Shown piece after piece: positions 1-11,589 of a stretch of 64,000 bases of DNA. The translations under genes were made by a program, and so were the position numbers. This stretch comes from Octopus sinensis. Lineage: Eukaryota. Numbering within the stretch: the first letter of the stretch is position 1; each line of letters starts with the position of its first letter. Location of the stretch: contig NC_043015.1 of NCBI RefSeq assembly GCF_006345805.1, forward strand, positions 40,114,001-40,178,000, given 5' to 3'. Below the pieces are notes generated by a model. The model ran no database searches. It was not told where the DNA came from and saw only the letters and a program-made list of their open reading frames with translations.

Positions 1-492
1 TCAGTGGTTAGGGTAGCGGATTTGCAGTCGTAACACCGCGGTTTCGATTCCCAGACCGGGCATTGTGAGTGTTTATTGAGCAAAAACACCTAAGCTCTTC
101 GAGGCTCCAGCAGGGAGGGGTGGTGAACCCCGATGTAATCTTTCACCACAACTTTCTCTCACTCTTTCTTCCTACTTCTGCCACAAAGCAGAGGAACCAT
201 GGTGTACTCCACTATTGTGTGGTAAACTTTCAGACCCTAGTCTAGATTGCGAATCCTCTGTACCCCAGGATGGTTCAGCTCTCCACCCGTTAAAAGCCAC
301 CGTTTACGGAATGAGGATAACAACGTAGCTTTGGCGCCCGTGCAATCGCCAGTCTATCGCGGGTGGTGGGTAGATCTTCAAGCTGCCACACGCATTCTTA
401 GTATTAGAGATTATTATTCTTTGTGGCTAATGGCGTGAGTCCTGATTGGAAGAAGAAGAAGAAGAAGAAGAAGAAGAAGAAGAAGAAGAAGA
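1..492 (+). mobile_element. tRNA-derived SINE, family E (5' end cut by the window), with a distinct tail ending in (GAA)n
   Basis: 1-180 aligns with the head and body of the copies at 63532 and 5920 (CAGTGGTTAGGG..GGTTTCGATTCCCAGACCGGG B-box). It then continues in a tail not shared with them and ends in (GAA)n at about 448-490. Confidence 0.7.
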
Positions 493-975
493 CAGCAACA
501 AGTTTGGCGAAGAATTTGTCTACTACTTCTCTTAATTCAACGGCAGGCCTCGAGAAAGTTTATGAATCTTTGATTCAGTAAGATTGTTGGGTGGGGTGCT
601 TAATGCATGCCCTAAAAGAAAGAAAGAAAAAAAGAAACGATTTAAAAGAGGTTCTCGCTGAAGTGTAAGTAACGGGGTGTGGGGACTTAACCGTATTCAT
701 GATGTGCACAAACCATTGCAAGTTTCCCACATTTCTGTGTATTTTGGTTCGGAAACTGACCAAGTCTCTTCAATGTTCTTATTTTTTATTCTTCTATAAA
801 ACATGTCAATTAACCGGAAGAGTGTTATTCGTATATTCAGGGTTTATTTCCGCCACTTCAGATAATGAAACACTGCACTGATATTAGATAACGGTTATGT
901 TAAATTTTTTTCTTTAATTATGAAGAAATAAAAATACATCCGCGCAATCCACGGCTCGGCAAAGTGTTACGTTTA

Positions 976-1437
976 AAGTAAATGTGGTACGTGCAATGAA
1001 GTGAAAGAGGTACCTTAAAGAAGTGAACCTGGTACGTTGAAAGTAAATGTGGTACGTGCAATGAGGTGAAAGTGGTACTTTAAAGAAGTGAACGTGGTAC
1101 GTTGAAAGTAAACGTGGTACGTGCAATGAAGTGAAAGTGGTACCTTAAAGAAGTGAACCTGGTACGTTGAAAGTAAATGTGGTACGTGCAATGAAGTGAA
1201 AGTGGTACCTTAAAGAAGTGAACCTGGTACGTTGAAAGTAAATGTGGTACGTACAATGAAGTGAAAGTGGTACCTTAAAGAAGTGAACCTGGTACGTTGT
1301 AAGTAAATGTGGTACGTGCAATGAAGTGAAAGTGGTACCTTAAAGAAGTGAACCTGGTACGTTGAAAATAAACGTGGTACGTGCAATGAAGTGAAAGTGG
1401 TACATTAAAGAAGTGAACCTGGTACGTTGAAAGTAAA
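976..1437. repeat. 65-bp higher-order minisatellite, 7 copies, each built of three related 20-23 bp monomers
   Basis: Unit starts at 976, 1041, 1106, 1171, 1236, 1301, 1366. Monomers: AAGTAAATGTGGTACGTGCAATG / AAGTGAAAGTGGTACCTTAAAG / AAGTGAACCTGGTACGTTGA. Confidence 0.95.
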
Positions 1438-1848
1438 ACTGTTACCTTCATTAAGAGAGCTTGGAACTTTGGAAGTGCCACGTTAAAACCTATTATTGCC
1501 CCTGTCCAGAGTGAATAGCCATGAAGCGCCAACGGGTCCTTAATATGGTCGAAGCTCTTCACAAAGGTTTTCATGCATTTTTGTCACGACTTACAGGAAT
1601 GGATAACAAGTTTTCCACCCTCGTTCCCCGACCAAAATAGTGATAGATTACAAAAATTATGGCTAAATTAGGGGCCAGGAAGTGGATTATAAGAAATTAG
1701 ACATATTTATTAAAAACCAGAGTAGGGCTAACTCTAAAATAATTAAATTGTCAACATTGATGTAATGTCCTACAGGATCGAGAGTGCCATGATGTTGAGT
1801 GTTCGAATCATTATATTTCCACCAACACCACCACCATACCCATCAGCA

Positions 1849-2044
1849 CCTATTTCTTTATTACCCACAAGGGGATAAACACAGAGGGGACAAACAAGGA
1901 CAGACAGACGGATTAAGTCGATTATATCGACCCTAGTGCATAACTGGTACTTAATTTATCAACCTCCGAAAGGATGAAAGGCAAAGTCAACCTCGGCGGA
2001 ATTTGAACTCAGAACGTAGCGGCAGACGAAATACCGCTGAGCAT
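1849..2044 (-). mobile_element. tRNA-derived SINE family A (core GCCTTTCATCCTTTCGGGGTCGATAAATTAAGTACCAG), tail type A, 5'-truncated
   Basis: Reverse complement matches the copy at 16197-16420; B-box GAGTTCAAATTCC. The core resembles the MetaSINE-type conserved domain (from memory). Confidence 0.85.
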
Positions 2045-2345
2045 ACCCATCACCACCATCTCCATCACTGCCATCATCATCATCATCATCATCACCACCA
2101 CCACAACCACCAACCACCACTACCACCACCGTTACCAAAATTAACACCAATACCATCACCATCACCATCACCACCCCACCATCGCCGCCGCCGCCGCCAC
2201 CATCACCAACAACAGCAACACCACCACCAGCAACACCACCACCACCACCGCCACCACCACCACCATAACCACCACCATTACCACCACCACCACCATCACC
2301 TTTACCATCACCACTATTACCACCACCTCTACTCCACCACACCAT
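2045..2345. repeat. compound (CAC/CAT/CAA)n trinucleotide tract
   Basis: Directly visible; source of the poly-His and poly-Gly pseudo-ORFs. Confidence 0.95.
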
Positions 2346-2803
2346 TATGCCAAAGATCGAACATTGATAATCAAAGACTGGCTTGATATGTTCTCCACCG
2401 ACAAAACCCTACCAAAAGCTAGAAGCAAATGATGTCCATATCTAACAAACCTTCATCTCTCAATTCCACCATTGTTCGTCTGTTGTACCGATTACATCAT
2501 TTTTAGAACTTCGCAAAAATTGTCTGGCAGAACAAGTTTAGCAATAGCAGCTGCTCTACAATTAAATTTGATTCTATAGAATTCTTGACAGACTGACTTG
2601 GCAGCATCTACTCGGAAAGAGATGTTAATTTGGTTCTGCAGGAATCTTTGTCGTATTCTTGTCCATTTGGTTAAGATGAAAATGGAATTTCTTACGTCTT
2701 TTCGGTAATAATTGTTGGTTCTCATTCACAATTACTCTCGACTGGTCTTGCCTTTCGTTAAAACCGAAATATTGGTGCTATTTTCAATACTGTTCCTCGC
2801 GAA

Positions 2804-2837
<34 letters not shown>

Positions 2838-2895
2838 CTGTGTGTGTGTGTGTGTGTGTGGTGGTCTGTGTGTGTGTGTGTGTGTGTGTGTGTCT

Positions 2896-2931
<36 letters not shown>

Positions 2932-3122
2932 TGTTTGTCTCCCCACCATAGATTGACAACCGATGCTGGTGTGTTAACGTCCCCGTAACTTAGCGGTTCG
3001 GGAAAAAGACACCGATAGAATAAGTGCTAGGCTTACAAATAATAAGTCCTGGGGGTCGATTTCTTCGGCTAGAGGCGGTGCTCCAGCATGACCAGAGTCG
3101 AACGACCGAAACAAATAAAAGA
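2804..3122 (+). mobile_element. SINE family B, 3' half, with internal (TA)(TG)n microsatellite
   Basis: TTGACAACCGATGCTGGTGTG..GGTGCTCCAGCATG tail shared with the copies at 24365, 37603, 42586 and 59629. Confidence 0.85.
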
Positions 3123-3178
3123 AAATTAGATCAAAGACATTGTATTAGAAACGCAAAATAACCAAGTTTGATCAATCA

Positions 3179-4395
3179 CACTGGTCAACAAGTATTATTC
3201 ATCAAGCTTATGTCAAGGTGTGCTTAGTGTAGTTTTTAATTCTGATTTCAAATATACAATTAGTTTTTTGACATCACGTACAATTCTCAAGATGAGAAAG
3301 TTTTGGGGTTTTAGCTCACGCATTATATACAAATTCCAATTAATGACGCGTATGCATGTATTTCATTTACATCATGGAAGCACACCTTTAAAATAAACTG
3401 CATTATTCATCGCTGCATAGGTCAGATGCAATATCTCAAGATCTTATATTAACCAATCAAGTTTTGTCTGATGAAATAGCAATTTCAACATCTCAGATTG
3501 TCAAGTCATAATTGGTCGGATGAAATATTTCACCATCTTAAATTCAATATAAGTATAACCGTTTGTATCGACTTCCTAATGTGAAGACAGTGTAGAAATC
3601 GTCCTGATGTGGGGTTTGTTTTAAATTCTGTGGACAATTTATTGTGAAGGCTCAAAAACGTACAACACCAGAGATGAAGAAGATTTATAAGCTATACTTT
3701 GACTGTCCTCTTGGAGATCAGGACAAGTTATGGGCACCACATTTTATCTGCTCTGCTTGCTCAAATGGCTTGCGTGACTGATTCAATAAGTCCACGCTTT
3801 TTGCCATTCCAATGGAACCGAAAGACCACTTTAATGACTTTGTTTTTGCAAAGTAAATGTCACAGGATTTTCTATGAAGAAAATCTTCTTGGACTCTCAT
3901 CTGGATTTCTTCGCAGATAACCTTGGGGCAGTGTCTGATGGACATGGTAAAAGATTTCCCCTGGATATTAGTGCAATGGAGAAACGGTGCCAAGGCTTCT
4001 GGAATCACAGAATGCTGGCTGACTACTGCTGGACAATTTAACGTGATCAACCAGATCAGGAATACAACAGGAAATCCAGATCACAATGTTTCTATCTCAG
4101 TTGTTCTAACTTTATCTGTTTTGTCTAACCCATTCTTTGTGTATTCACTCTTGTAGAATGATAGTGTTGATTTTCAACTCAATAAACTCATTTACTTTCT
4201 CAAAATAATCCCCGTATTTATTACATTAATGATTTCATATATACAAATATGCAAATATTTGCATGTATCTACTGAAAAACTGATACGTGTTGCATTCAAA
4301 TGAAGTGAAATTTCAAAATCAGCGTAAATAATTAGTCTAAAAAAGTTGGTTTGCATTCATAATGAGTCTAATACATTTAATTTTGTTGATCAGTG
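3179..4395 (+). mobile_element. Chapaev-type (CMC, Chapaev3-like) DNA transposon, internally deleted
   Basis: Termini CACTGGTCAACAA (3179) and TTGTTGATCAGTG (ends 4395) form TIRs; flanks TCA/TTA are near the TWA target. Carries a decayed transposase N-terminus (next entry). Confidence 0.75.
3579..4100 (+). pseudogene. Chapaev-type transposase N-terminal remnant (stops and frameshifts)
   Basis: Manual translation: M*RQCRNRPD..CGQFIVKAQKRTTPEMKKIYKLYFDCPLGDQDKLWAPHFICSACSNGLRD*FNK..FAIPM..EPKDHFND, containing the P-x2-I-C-x2-C zinc-binding pattern. Confidence 0.75.
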
Positions 4396-4869
4396 TTATT
4401 TATTGATGGTACTTTCTCAAGTTAATCGATCGTATTTTAAGCTTCCCCATACCCAACAGAATGGTGTTTCCATTATTTTGTACAACCCCTGTATATATAT
4501 ATATATATATAATATATATATATACATATATAAATATATGTTTCTGTCTGTGTGAATGACGCTATTGAATCCGAAGTTCTGCAGAAGGTCTGGCACCATT
4601 TATGAAGAATTCATTATTTCAGCGTTTTAACTCGAAACAAGACTTACTTCATATGGAAGTATAGCAATCTGATGAGAATCTGGGACATAAATAAGCTAGT
4701 ATTTCCATCTCTTCATTCTCAGACATTCTCACACATTCTATCCTCCTCTTCCTCCTACCCCTCCTCTATTCTTTATCTCTCTCTCTCTCTCTGAATATAT
4801 ATACTTAGAAATGTATGCATGTATGTATGTATGTATGTATGTATGTATGTATGTATGTATGTATGGTGT

Positions 4870-5010
4870 ATATAAATTAAATTAAAGAAAAACCACTATG
4901 AGGCAACTCAAACAGTGATAGACATAAAACAAAAACATAAAAAAGCAAATATAATTTATATCACTGTTTGAGTTGCCTAATAGTGGTTTTATCTCTAATT
5001 TAATTTATAT
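4870..5010. repeat. long inverted repeat (51/52-bp arms, 38-bp spacer), MITE-like
   Basis: 4870-4920 vs reverse complement of 4959-5010: 2 substitutions and 1 indel. Confidence 0.85.
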
Positions 5011-5088
5011 TTTTACAGTGAAATTTGATTTAATCCTAAATCTAATTTTTCCCTGTAAGTTTGGATATACTCCCTAATATTATATATG

Positions 5089-5122
<34 letters not shown>

Positions 5123-5533
5123 TATATATATGATATATATATCATACACGTATACATACATGTTGTTAAGTCTATAAATACCAACACAACAACAAGCAAT
5201 TATGCACACACGGTCGCTTGGACAGTCAAAACAATGATGTCGTTTTGGTGTAGTGGTTAGCACGGTTACACCGTTTATGGCAGACTCGGTGATCGAATCC
5301 CGAAGGTGGTATTACAACATTACCCCTCGTGTACATCTGCATTATATTTGTGTGTATACATGTGTACATGTAGATGTGCATGTTGTGTGTGTGTGTGTGT
5401 ATGTGTGTGTGTGTGTGTGTAACCTTAATCTGTCATTGTGGTTTTGTGGCTGGAAGCAAAGCCAACCTTGCCATCCACTGAAGAAAACATAGTAAATTAT
5501 CTACATTCATTCGAACGAACTGACCCCTCAATT

Positions 5534-5605
5534 TGTTCCCTTCGCCGAAAGGTTTGCAAGGCACCAGCAGGCCTTAAGGGACACATTCGTATCCATAGAG
5601 CATGA
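5534..5605 (+). pseudogene. isolated degenerate C2H2 zinc finger (probably an RTE-LINE C-terminus remnant)
   Basis: CSLRRKVCKAPAGLKGHIRIHRA* fits C-x2-[C>R, tgc>cgc]-x12-H-x3-H. Confidence 0.5.
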
Positions 5606-5685
5606 TTACTGCTTTATTTTTTGGAACCCTCATCTGATGTTCACCAAGAGAGAATCCATCACACACACACACACACACACACACA

Positions 5686-5898
5686 GAGTGGAGCCTCGGT
5701 TTACAAACGTCTCTCCTCACGAACAAATCTATTTACGAGCATCAAGCATTCACCCATTCGTTCAGTACTCATCCCGGCTCGAATTCGCTGTACTTTCTCA
5801 TGAATTTCCTATGGAGGAAAATAGTTTCGGTTTACGAACAATTCGTCTGACGAACGGCCTTCGGGAACGAATTACATTTGTAAACCGAGGTTCCAATG
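5686..5898. mobile_element. pogo/Tigger-like MITE
   Basis: TIRs GTGGAGCCTCGGTTTAC / GTAAACCGAGGTTCCAATG followed by TA. Confidence 0.65.
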
Positions 5899-5919
5899 TA
5901 TACATGCATACACACAGTA

Positions 5920-6294
5920 GAAGCACTCCGTCGGTTACGACGACGAGGGTTCCGGTTGATCCGATCAACGAAACAGCCTGCTCGTGAAATTAACGTGTAA
6001 GTGGCTGAGCACTCCACAGACACGTGTACCCTTAACGTAGTTCTCGGGGATATTCAGCGTGACACAGAGAGTGACAAGGCCGGCCCTTTGAAATACAGGT
6101 AAACAAAAACAGGAAGTAAGAGTGAGAGAAAGTTGTGGTGAAAGAGTACAGCAGGGATCACCACCATCCCCTGCCGGAGCCTCGTAGAGCTTTTAGGTAT
6201 TTTCGCTCAATAAACACTCACAACGCCCGGTCTGGGAATCGAAACCGCGATCCTATGACCGCGAGTCCGCTGCCCTAACCACTGGGCCATTGCG
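5920..6294 (-). mobile_element. SINE family E, tail type X, near full length
   Basis: Reverse complement is nearly identical to 63532-63920. Confidence 0.9.
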
Positions 6295-6331
<37 letters not shown>

Positions 6332-6359
6332 ATAATGTATGTATGTATGTTTGTGAAGC

Positions 6360-6485
6360 AGGAGTATCGCCAGTAGCCATTAAACTATCTCCCCTGTTAA
6401 TATTAAAAGTATAGGAGTCGCTAGCTGACATTAAAACCGTTTCCTTCTGTTAATATAGAAAGTAGGAGTGTTGCTAGCTGTCATA
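6360..6485. repeat. degenerate ~52-bp tandem repeat, about 2.5 copies
   Basis: AGGAGT..GCTAGCTG..CTGTTAATAT..AAAGT units start at 6360, 6413 and 6464. Confidence 0.6.
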
Positions 6486-6559
6486 CACCACCTTAACCAC
6501 TGGAACTGTAGCATAAGACGAAACGTCACAAAAAACATTAACGGTCGCTGTTCTAAGCC

Positions 6560-6598
<39 letters not shown>

Positions 6599-6836
6599 TT
6601 GTTGTTGTTGTTGTTGTTGTTGGCATCCTTTTTGTCTCGGGAGACAATGGAGTTTCGCATAAAATAATCTAGTCCGGCTTTTACATTTCATGTCCTAATA
6701 CATCTCCTGCTGTGGCTGTTTTGTCCTATCCTGGACAAACACTCCCTCTAGCAGGTGCCGCAAATGTAGCGAAGACTTTGCCTGGCTGGTTGTAATGTCA
6801 TACTTTCTTGTTGACGTCTTTTCTTGTCTTTCCATT

Positions 6837-6891
<55 letters not shown>

Positions 6892-6969
6892 ACTCCTTTG
6901 TGTTCCCTCTTTTACGGTACGTCGCCAATCTCCATGGTTGCTGGCAACTGCTTCCCAATTGCTAATATT

Positions 6970-7086
6970 GTTAGCCGTTTGGAAGATGGCAGAATCCCCA
7001 AGGACATACTCTACGGAGAGCTTGTTAGGGGCACTAGGTCTGTGGGAAGACCGTTCTTACGATACAAAGATGTTCTAAGCCAGTAA
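6970..7086 (+). pseudogene. RTE (BovB-like) LINE ORF fragment, post-RT region
   Basis: VSRLEDGRIPKDILYGELVRGTRSVGRPFLRYKDVL matches the characteristic RTE motif R(M/L)EDGRIPKDxLYGEL..G.R..GRP.LRYKD. Confidence 0.85.
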
Positions 7087-7316
7087 CTTCTCACAAAAGG
7101 CCGTCGTACATTTTGTCCCATTGAGAGTATCCCTTTGCAGAGATACAAGTACCCATTTGCGGATCTACCCCAGATATACACAAACATGAAGTGTCGAAAG
7201 CATAAGATTACGATTTATTGATGAGAGTTAAGCATTGAAGATCGGCATATGTTGCGGTTATTTTTGGTGATACCAAGTCCCAAGTAGACGAACTGTTTAT
7301 GTATGTGTGGATGAGT

Positions 7317-7625
7317 GGAAGCGCAATGGCCCAGTGGTTAGGGCAGAGGACTCGCGGTCGGAGGATCGCCGTTTCGATTCCCAAACCGGGCGTTGTGTGT
7401 GTTTATTGAGCGAAAACACCCAAAGCTCCACGAGATTCCGGCAGAGGGTGGTGGCGACCCTTGTTGTACTCTTTCGCCCCAACTTCCTCTCACTTTTTCT
7501 TCCTGTTTCTTGAGTAACGCTGCGATGGACTGACGTCCCGTCCAGCTGGGGGGTGGGGGGACACATACGCCACATAAACCGGGAAACCGGGCCCATGAGC
7601 CTGGCTAGGCTTGAAAAGGGCGCAT
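7317..7625 (+). mobile_element. SINE family E, tail type Y
   Basis: Head GGAAGCGCAATGGCCCAGTGGTTAGGGC; tail GCTGCGATGGACTGACGTCCCGTCCAG shared in diverged form with the 55528 copy. Confidence 0.8.
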
Positions 7626-7668
7626 GAAAAATGTGTGGATGGGTATGTGCGTTAAAATTTGTATATAT

Positions 7669-7912
7669 GGCGGTGAGCTGGCAGAATCGTTAGCAGGTCG
7701 GGAAAAATGCTTAGCGGCATTTCGTCCGTCTTTACGTTCCGAGTTCAAATTCCGCTGAGGCCGACTTTGACTTTTATCCTTTCGGGGTCGATAAATTAAA
7801 GTACCAGTTACGCACCGGGGTCGATGTAATCGACTTAATACCTATGTCTGTCCTTGTCCAAATACTGGAGGTCAATGTATGCTGACCTTGTGCTAAAATT
7901 CGAAGCCAATAT
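7669..7912 (+). mobile_element. SINE family A
   Basis: GGCGGTGAGCTGGCAGAATCGTTAGC head, B-box and conserved core. Confidence 0.85.
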
Positions 7913-7983
7913 TTTTGTCTGTGCATGTGTATGCGGGTGCATAAGTATTTGTGGATCTTAATGTATTAGCATGCGTGTGTGTG

Positions 7984-8024
<41 letters not shown>

Positions 8025-8224
8025 GGAGTAATGTGTCTCCGATGTTTATCAGTAGTTAGAGATGGGATCCTCACAGAGATGTTTTGAAGATATTCTTAAC
8101 CCGGGGGTCGGGGACGTTGGTCCACGATTGCCATAGAAACTGAACCGGAGAGAAATATTCAGGAGCACGAGGACATGAGAAGAATAAATTTACAGAGAGA
8201 ATAAGAGACGGCGGTGGAGGGCGG

Positions 8225-9679
8225 GGGGAAGGAAAGGCATGGTGGTGGTGGTTGTGGTGGTGGTGGCGGCGGCGGTGGTTGGTTGTGGTGGTAGTGGTGG
8301 TGGTGGATATGAAGATGGTGGTAGTGGTAGTGGTGGGGGATATGAAGATGGTGGTGGTGGTAGCTAAATACTAATGACCAACTTTGACAAATGATGTTGA
8401 AGGTGAGACTCGACACCTTCACCACCCTACAACTCCTGCTCATCACCACAACCACCATTACCACCATCACCCTCATCAGCTCCACCATCATCACCACCAC
8501 CACCAATACCACCATCATCATCATCAAACTACATCTATACTATCATTGCCAGCACCACCATCACCACTACCACTACCACCACTACTACCACCACCACAAC
8601 CACCACCACCACCACCACCACCACTACTACTACCACCACAACCACCACCACCACCACCACACCACAACCACAACCACTACCATCATCATCATCGCTGTCA
8701 CCAACAACCGCATCAACACCACTTCCCTACCACCCGAACCACTCAACATACCGTCACACCTACCCACCCCTACACTCCCCTAACCTCACCCCCTCACACA
8801 CACACACACACACACCCTTGAACTTCTCCACCGCCACCATCCCTTCCACATACGCCACTCTCTAACAACACAACCCACCCACTCACCCCCACACCACAGC
8901 TTGGTTATTACATTCTCCGCCTCCCGTTCGGTTCTGTTACCTTGGTAACAAGTCATTTGTATTTTGTCTAAATTGTCATCATCGTTTTCGTTGTCGTTGT
9001 TGTTGTTGTTGCTGTTGATGATGATGATGGAGGAATTGGAGGAGGCGATGGTGGCGACAGCAGCGGCGGCGGCGGCGGTGGTGGTGAAAACGAAGACGAC
9101 TACGGCGGCGGTGGTGGTGGTGGTAGTAGTAGTGGTGGTGCTGGTGGTAGTAGTAGTGGTGGTGCTGGTGGTGGTGCTGGTGGTGGTGCTGGTGGTTTGT
9201 GACAAATTTTTATCTCGCGAGGTCCATATCACAACTGTATACATTATAAACCATCATATCAACAACTATGTGTGTGTATATATGTGTGTGTATGTGTGTA
9301 TGTATATGTATGTGCGTATATATATATATATGTATGTATGTGTGTGTGCGTATATATGTGTATGTATGTATATGTATGTGCGTATATATATATATGTATG
9401 TATGTGTGTGTGCGTATATATGTGTATGTATGTATATGTATGTGCGTATATATATGTATATCTGTGTGTATGTATGTATATGCGTGTGCATATATAAGTA
9501 TGTATGTGTGCATGTGCATATATATATATATATATATTATGTATGTATGTATGTATATGCGTGTGCATATATATGTATGTATGTGTGTATGTGTGTGTGT
9601 GTGTTTGTATGTATATGTGTGTGTATATATGTATGTGTGTGTATGTGTATGTAAATATATTATATATGTATGTGTGTGC

Positions 9680-9722
<43 letters not shown>

Positions 9723-10732
9723 GATATACATCATCCTAGCAGCTGTGTGTATAAGAACAGTGACGACACGCAGATACGACGACGTTCCATGACATAAATG
9801 TACAAATTAATGACTTTTTACTGAATGTTTTAACACAGTTTCTGCCAATGGAAGGTTCAATCTTGTAACCAGTCAATGGATTCGGCTGAACTATTGCACG
9901 TCTGCCTTTTCTTTCACGCTTTCCTCCTTTAAGTGTCAGCGGTGGGGGGGAACTTTCTGACTTGACCACCACCACCACCACCACAACCACCACCACCACC
10001 GTCACCGTCACCACCATTCCAGCCACCACCAGCATCGCCATTCCCACCACCATCTTCATTACCCCCTCTATCACTGCTACCACCATGTCATCACCCATAC
10101 CGTGGCCACCTCGCCCTAATACCCTTTTTGCAGCCAAATAGAATAATACTCCGGTTGTCCACTTCCTGTTTCCAGATGTTCGCCACTGACCAGTGATTCT
10201 CAGCCCCCTTTTTTTTTTAACGTATGGACCCCTACGATTCCTGTTTTGCTCGACTGGATCCCCGTTGCCATTTTCAGTTTTGCAAAAATCCCATTTGCAC
10301 AGACACACAAATATATACCTACACATACATACATACATACATGCATGCATACATACACACACACATACACACATACATACATACATACATACATATATAC
10401 ATACATACATACATACATACATACATACATACATACATGCATGCATGCATACATACTTACGTACATATATACATACATACATACATACGTACGTACGTAC
10501 GTACATACATACATACATACACACATACATACATACACACATACATACATACATACATACATACATACATACATACATACATACATGCATGCATACATAC
10601 ATACATACACACATACATACATACATACACACATACATACATACACACACACATACATACGTACATACGTACATACATACGTACGTACATACATACATAC
10701 ATACACACACATACATACATACATACATACAT

Positions 10733-10780
<48 letters not shown>
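8225..10780. repeat. cluster of alternating-strand microsatellites: (GGT)n 8225-8362, (CAC)n 8415-8740, (GTT/GGT)n 8985-9197, (TATG/TG)n 9265-9725, (CAC)n 9965-10100, (CATA)n 10311-10779
   Basis: Directly visible. Confidence 0.95.
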
Positions 10781-10781
<1 letters not shown>

Positions 10782-10941
10782 TGGGTTTCTTCCAGTTTCC
10801 GCCTACCAAATCCACTCACAAAACTTTGGTCGGCCTGAGTCTATAATAGAAGAGACTTGCCCAAGGTGCCACGCAGAGGGATTGAACTCTGAACCATGTA
10901 GGTGGTAAGCAAGCTACTTACCACATACCCACTCCTGCGCC
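10781..10941 (-). mobile_element. SINE family B, 5' half (tRNA head plus CORE-like segment)
   Basis: Reverse complement GGCGCAGGAGTGGGTATGTGGTAAGTAGCTTGC..GGCACCTTGGGCAAGT (CORE-SINE-like motif); abuts the (CATA)n tract. Confidence 0.85.
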
Positions 10942-11000
10942 TATACATATATATATATAGGCATAACCCAGGCGGAGTTGAGGCTTTGTAGAGTAAGGAA

Positions 11001-11482
11001 CCCTTGGACTCTAACACATTGGAAAGAAAGCTAGATGGAACATGCTCAAGACTTCTGGGAACAACATTTAACATCAAACGGCAATTCCATGCAAGAAATT
11101 AAAGCCATTAAGGTAATTCTCAAAGAGTTACCTGCACCATAAAGGTAAGATGATTGAGATTCTGTGGAAACTGGTTTCGTAACAAGAATCAAATAATGAC
11201 TTGAATGATGATTGTGGGAACCAACACACGGAAAGCTTCCCAGGAAGGGGGAGTTGTCCTGCCCGGATATTTATTGACCAATTGGCTGAAGACTCCGGCC
11301 TACTGAAGAACGGCCCAATACAGGGGAGAGAGAAAGAGAAAGAGAGAGAGAGAGATCAGAGACAGACAGGACAGACAGACAGACAGACAGACAGAGAGTT
11401 TTGGAGACAAGTGGTCGATGGTGTTCGTCTGCGGACGACGACGACGACGCTGACGATGACGATGACGATGATGATGATGAAG
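11001..11482 (+). pseudogene. 3' end of an RTE/RTEX-like LINE (ORF C-terminus plus (GAT)n tail), interrupted by (GA)n/(GACA)n
   Basis: Manual translation across frameshifts: WTL..LERKLDGTCSRLLGTTFNI..R*LRFCGNWFRNK..WEPTHGKLPRKG..IFIDQLAEDSGL..DREFWRQVVDGVRLR, then (GAC/GAT)n. Confidence 0.75.
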
Positions 11483-11589
11483 AAGTAGCTACAGGAAAGA
11501 CGTACAGAGAGCAGAAAAGGTCTCGGAGAAAGACGCCGAGTGACCGTATTCGAGAAGATATCAATATATTTCAGACATTGAGACGAAGG

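Noticed and set aside
976-1437. CRISPR-like appearance of the regular array
   Set aside because: No unique spacers; the whole 65-bp unit repeats; no cas genes; eukaryotic context.
4648-4679. Minus-strand 32-nt candidate exon (CCCAG| ... |GTAAGT); similar candidates at 19150-19180(-), 21127-21168(-) and 41975-42031(+)
   Set aside because: Splice-like signals only; no recognisable peptide, weak acceptor or donor in several, and such matches are expected by chance in 64 kb. Needs RNA-seq.
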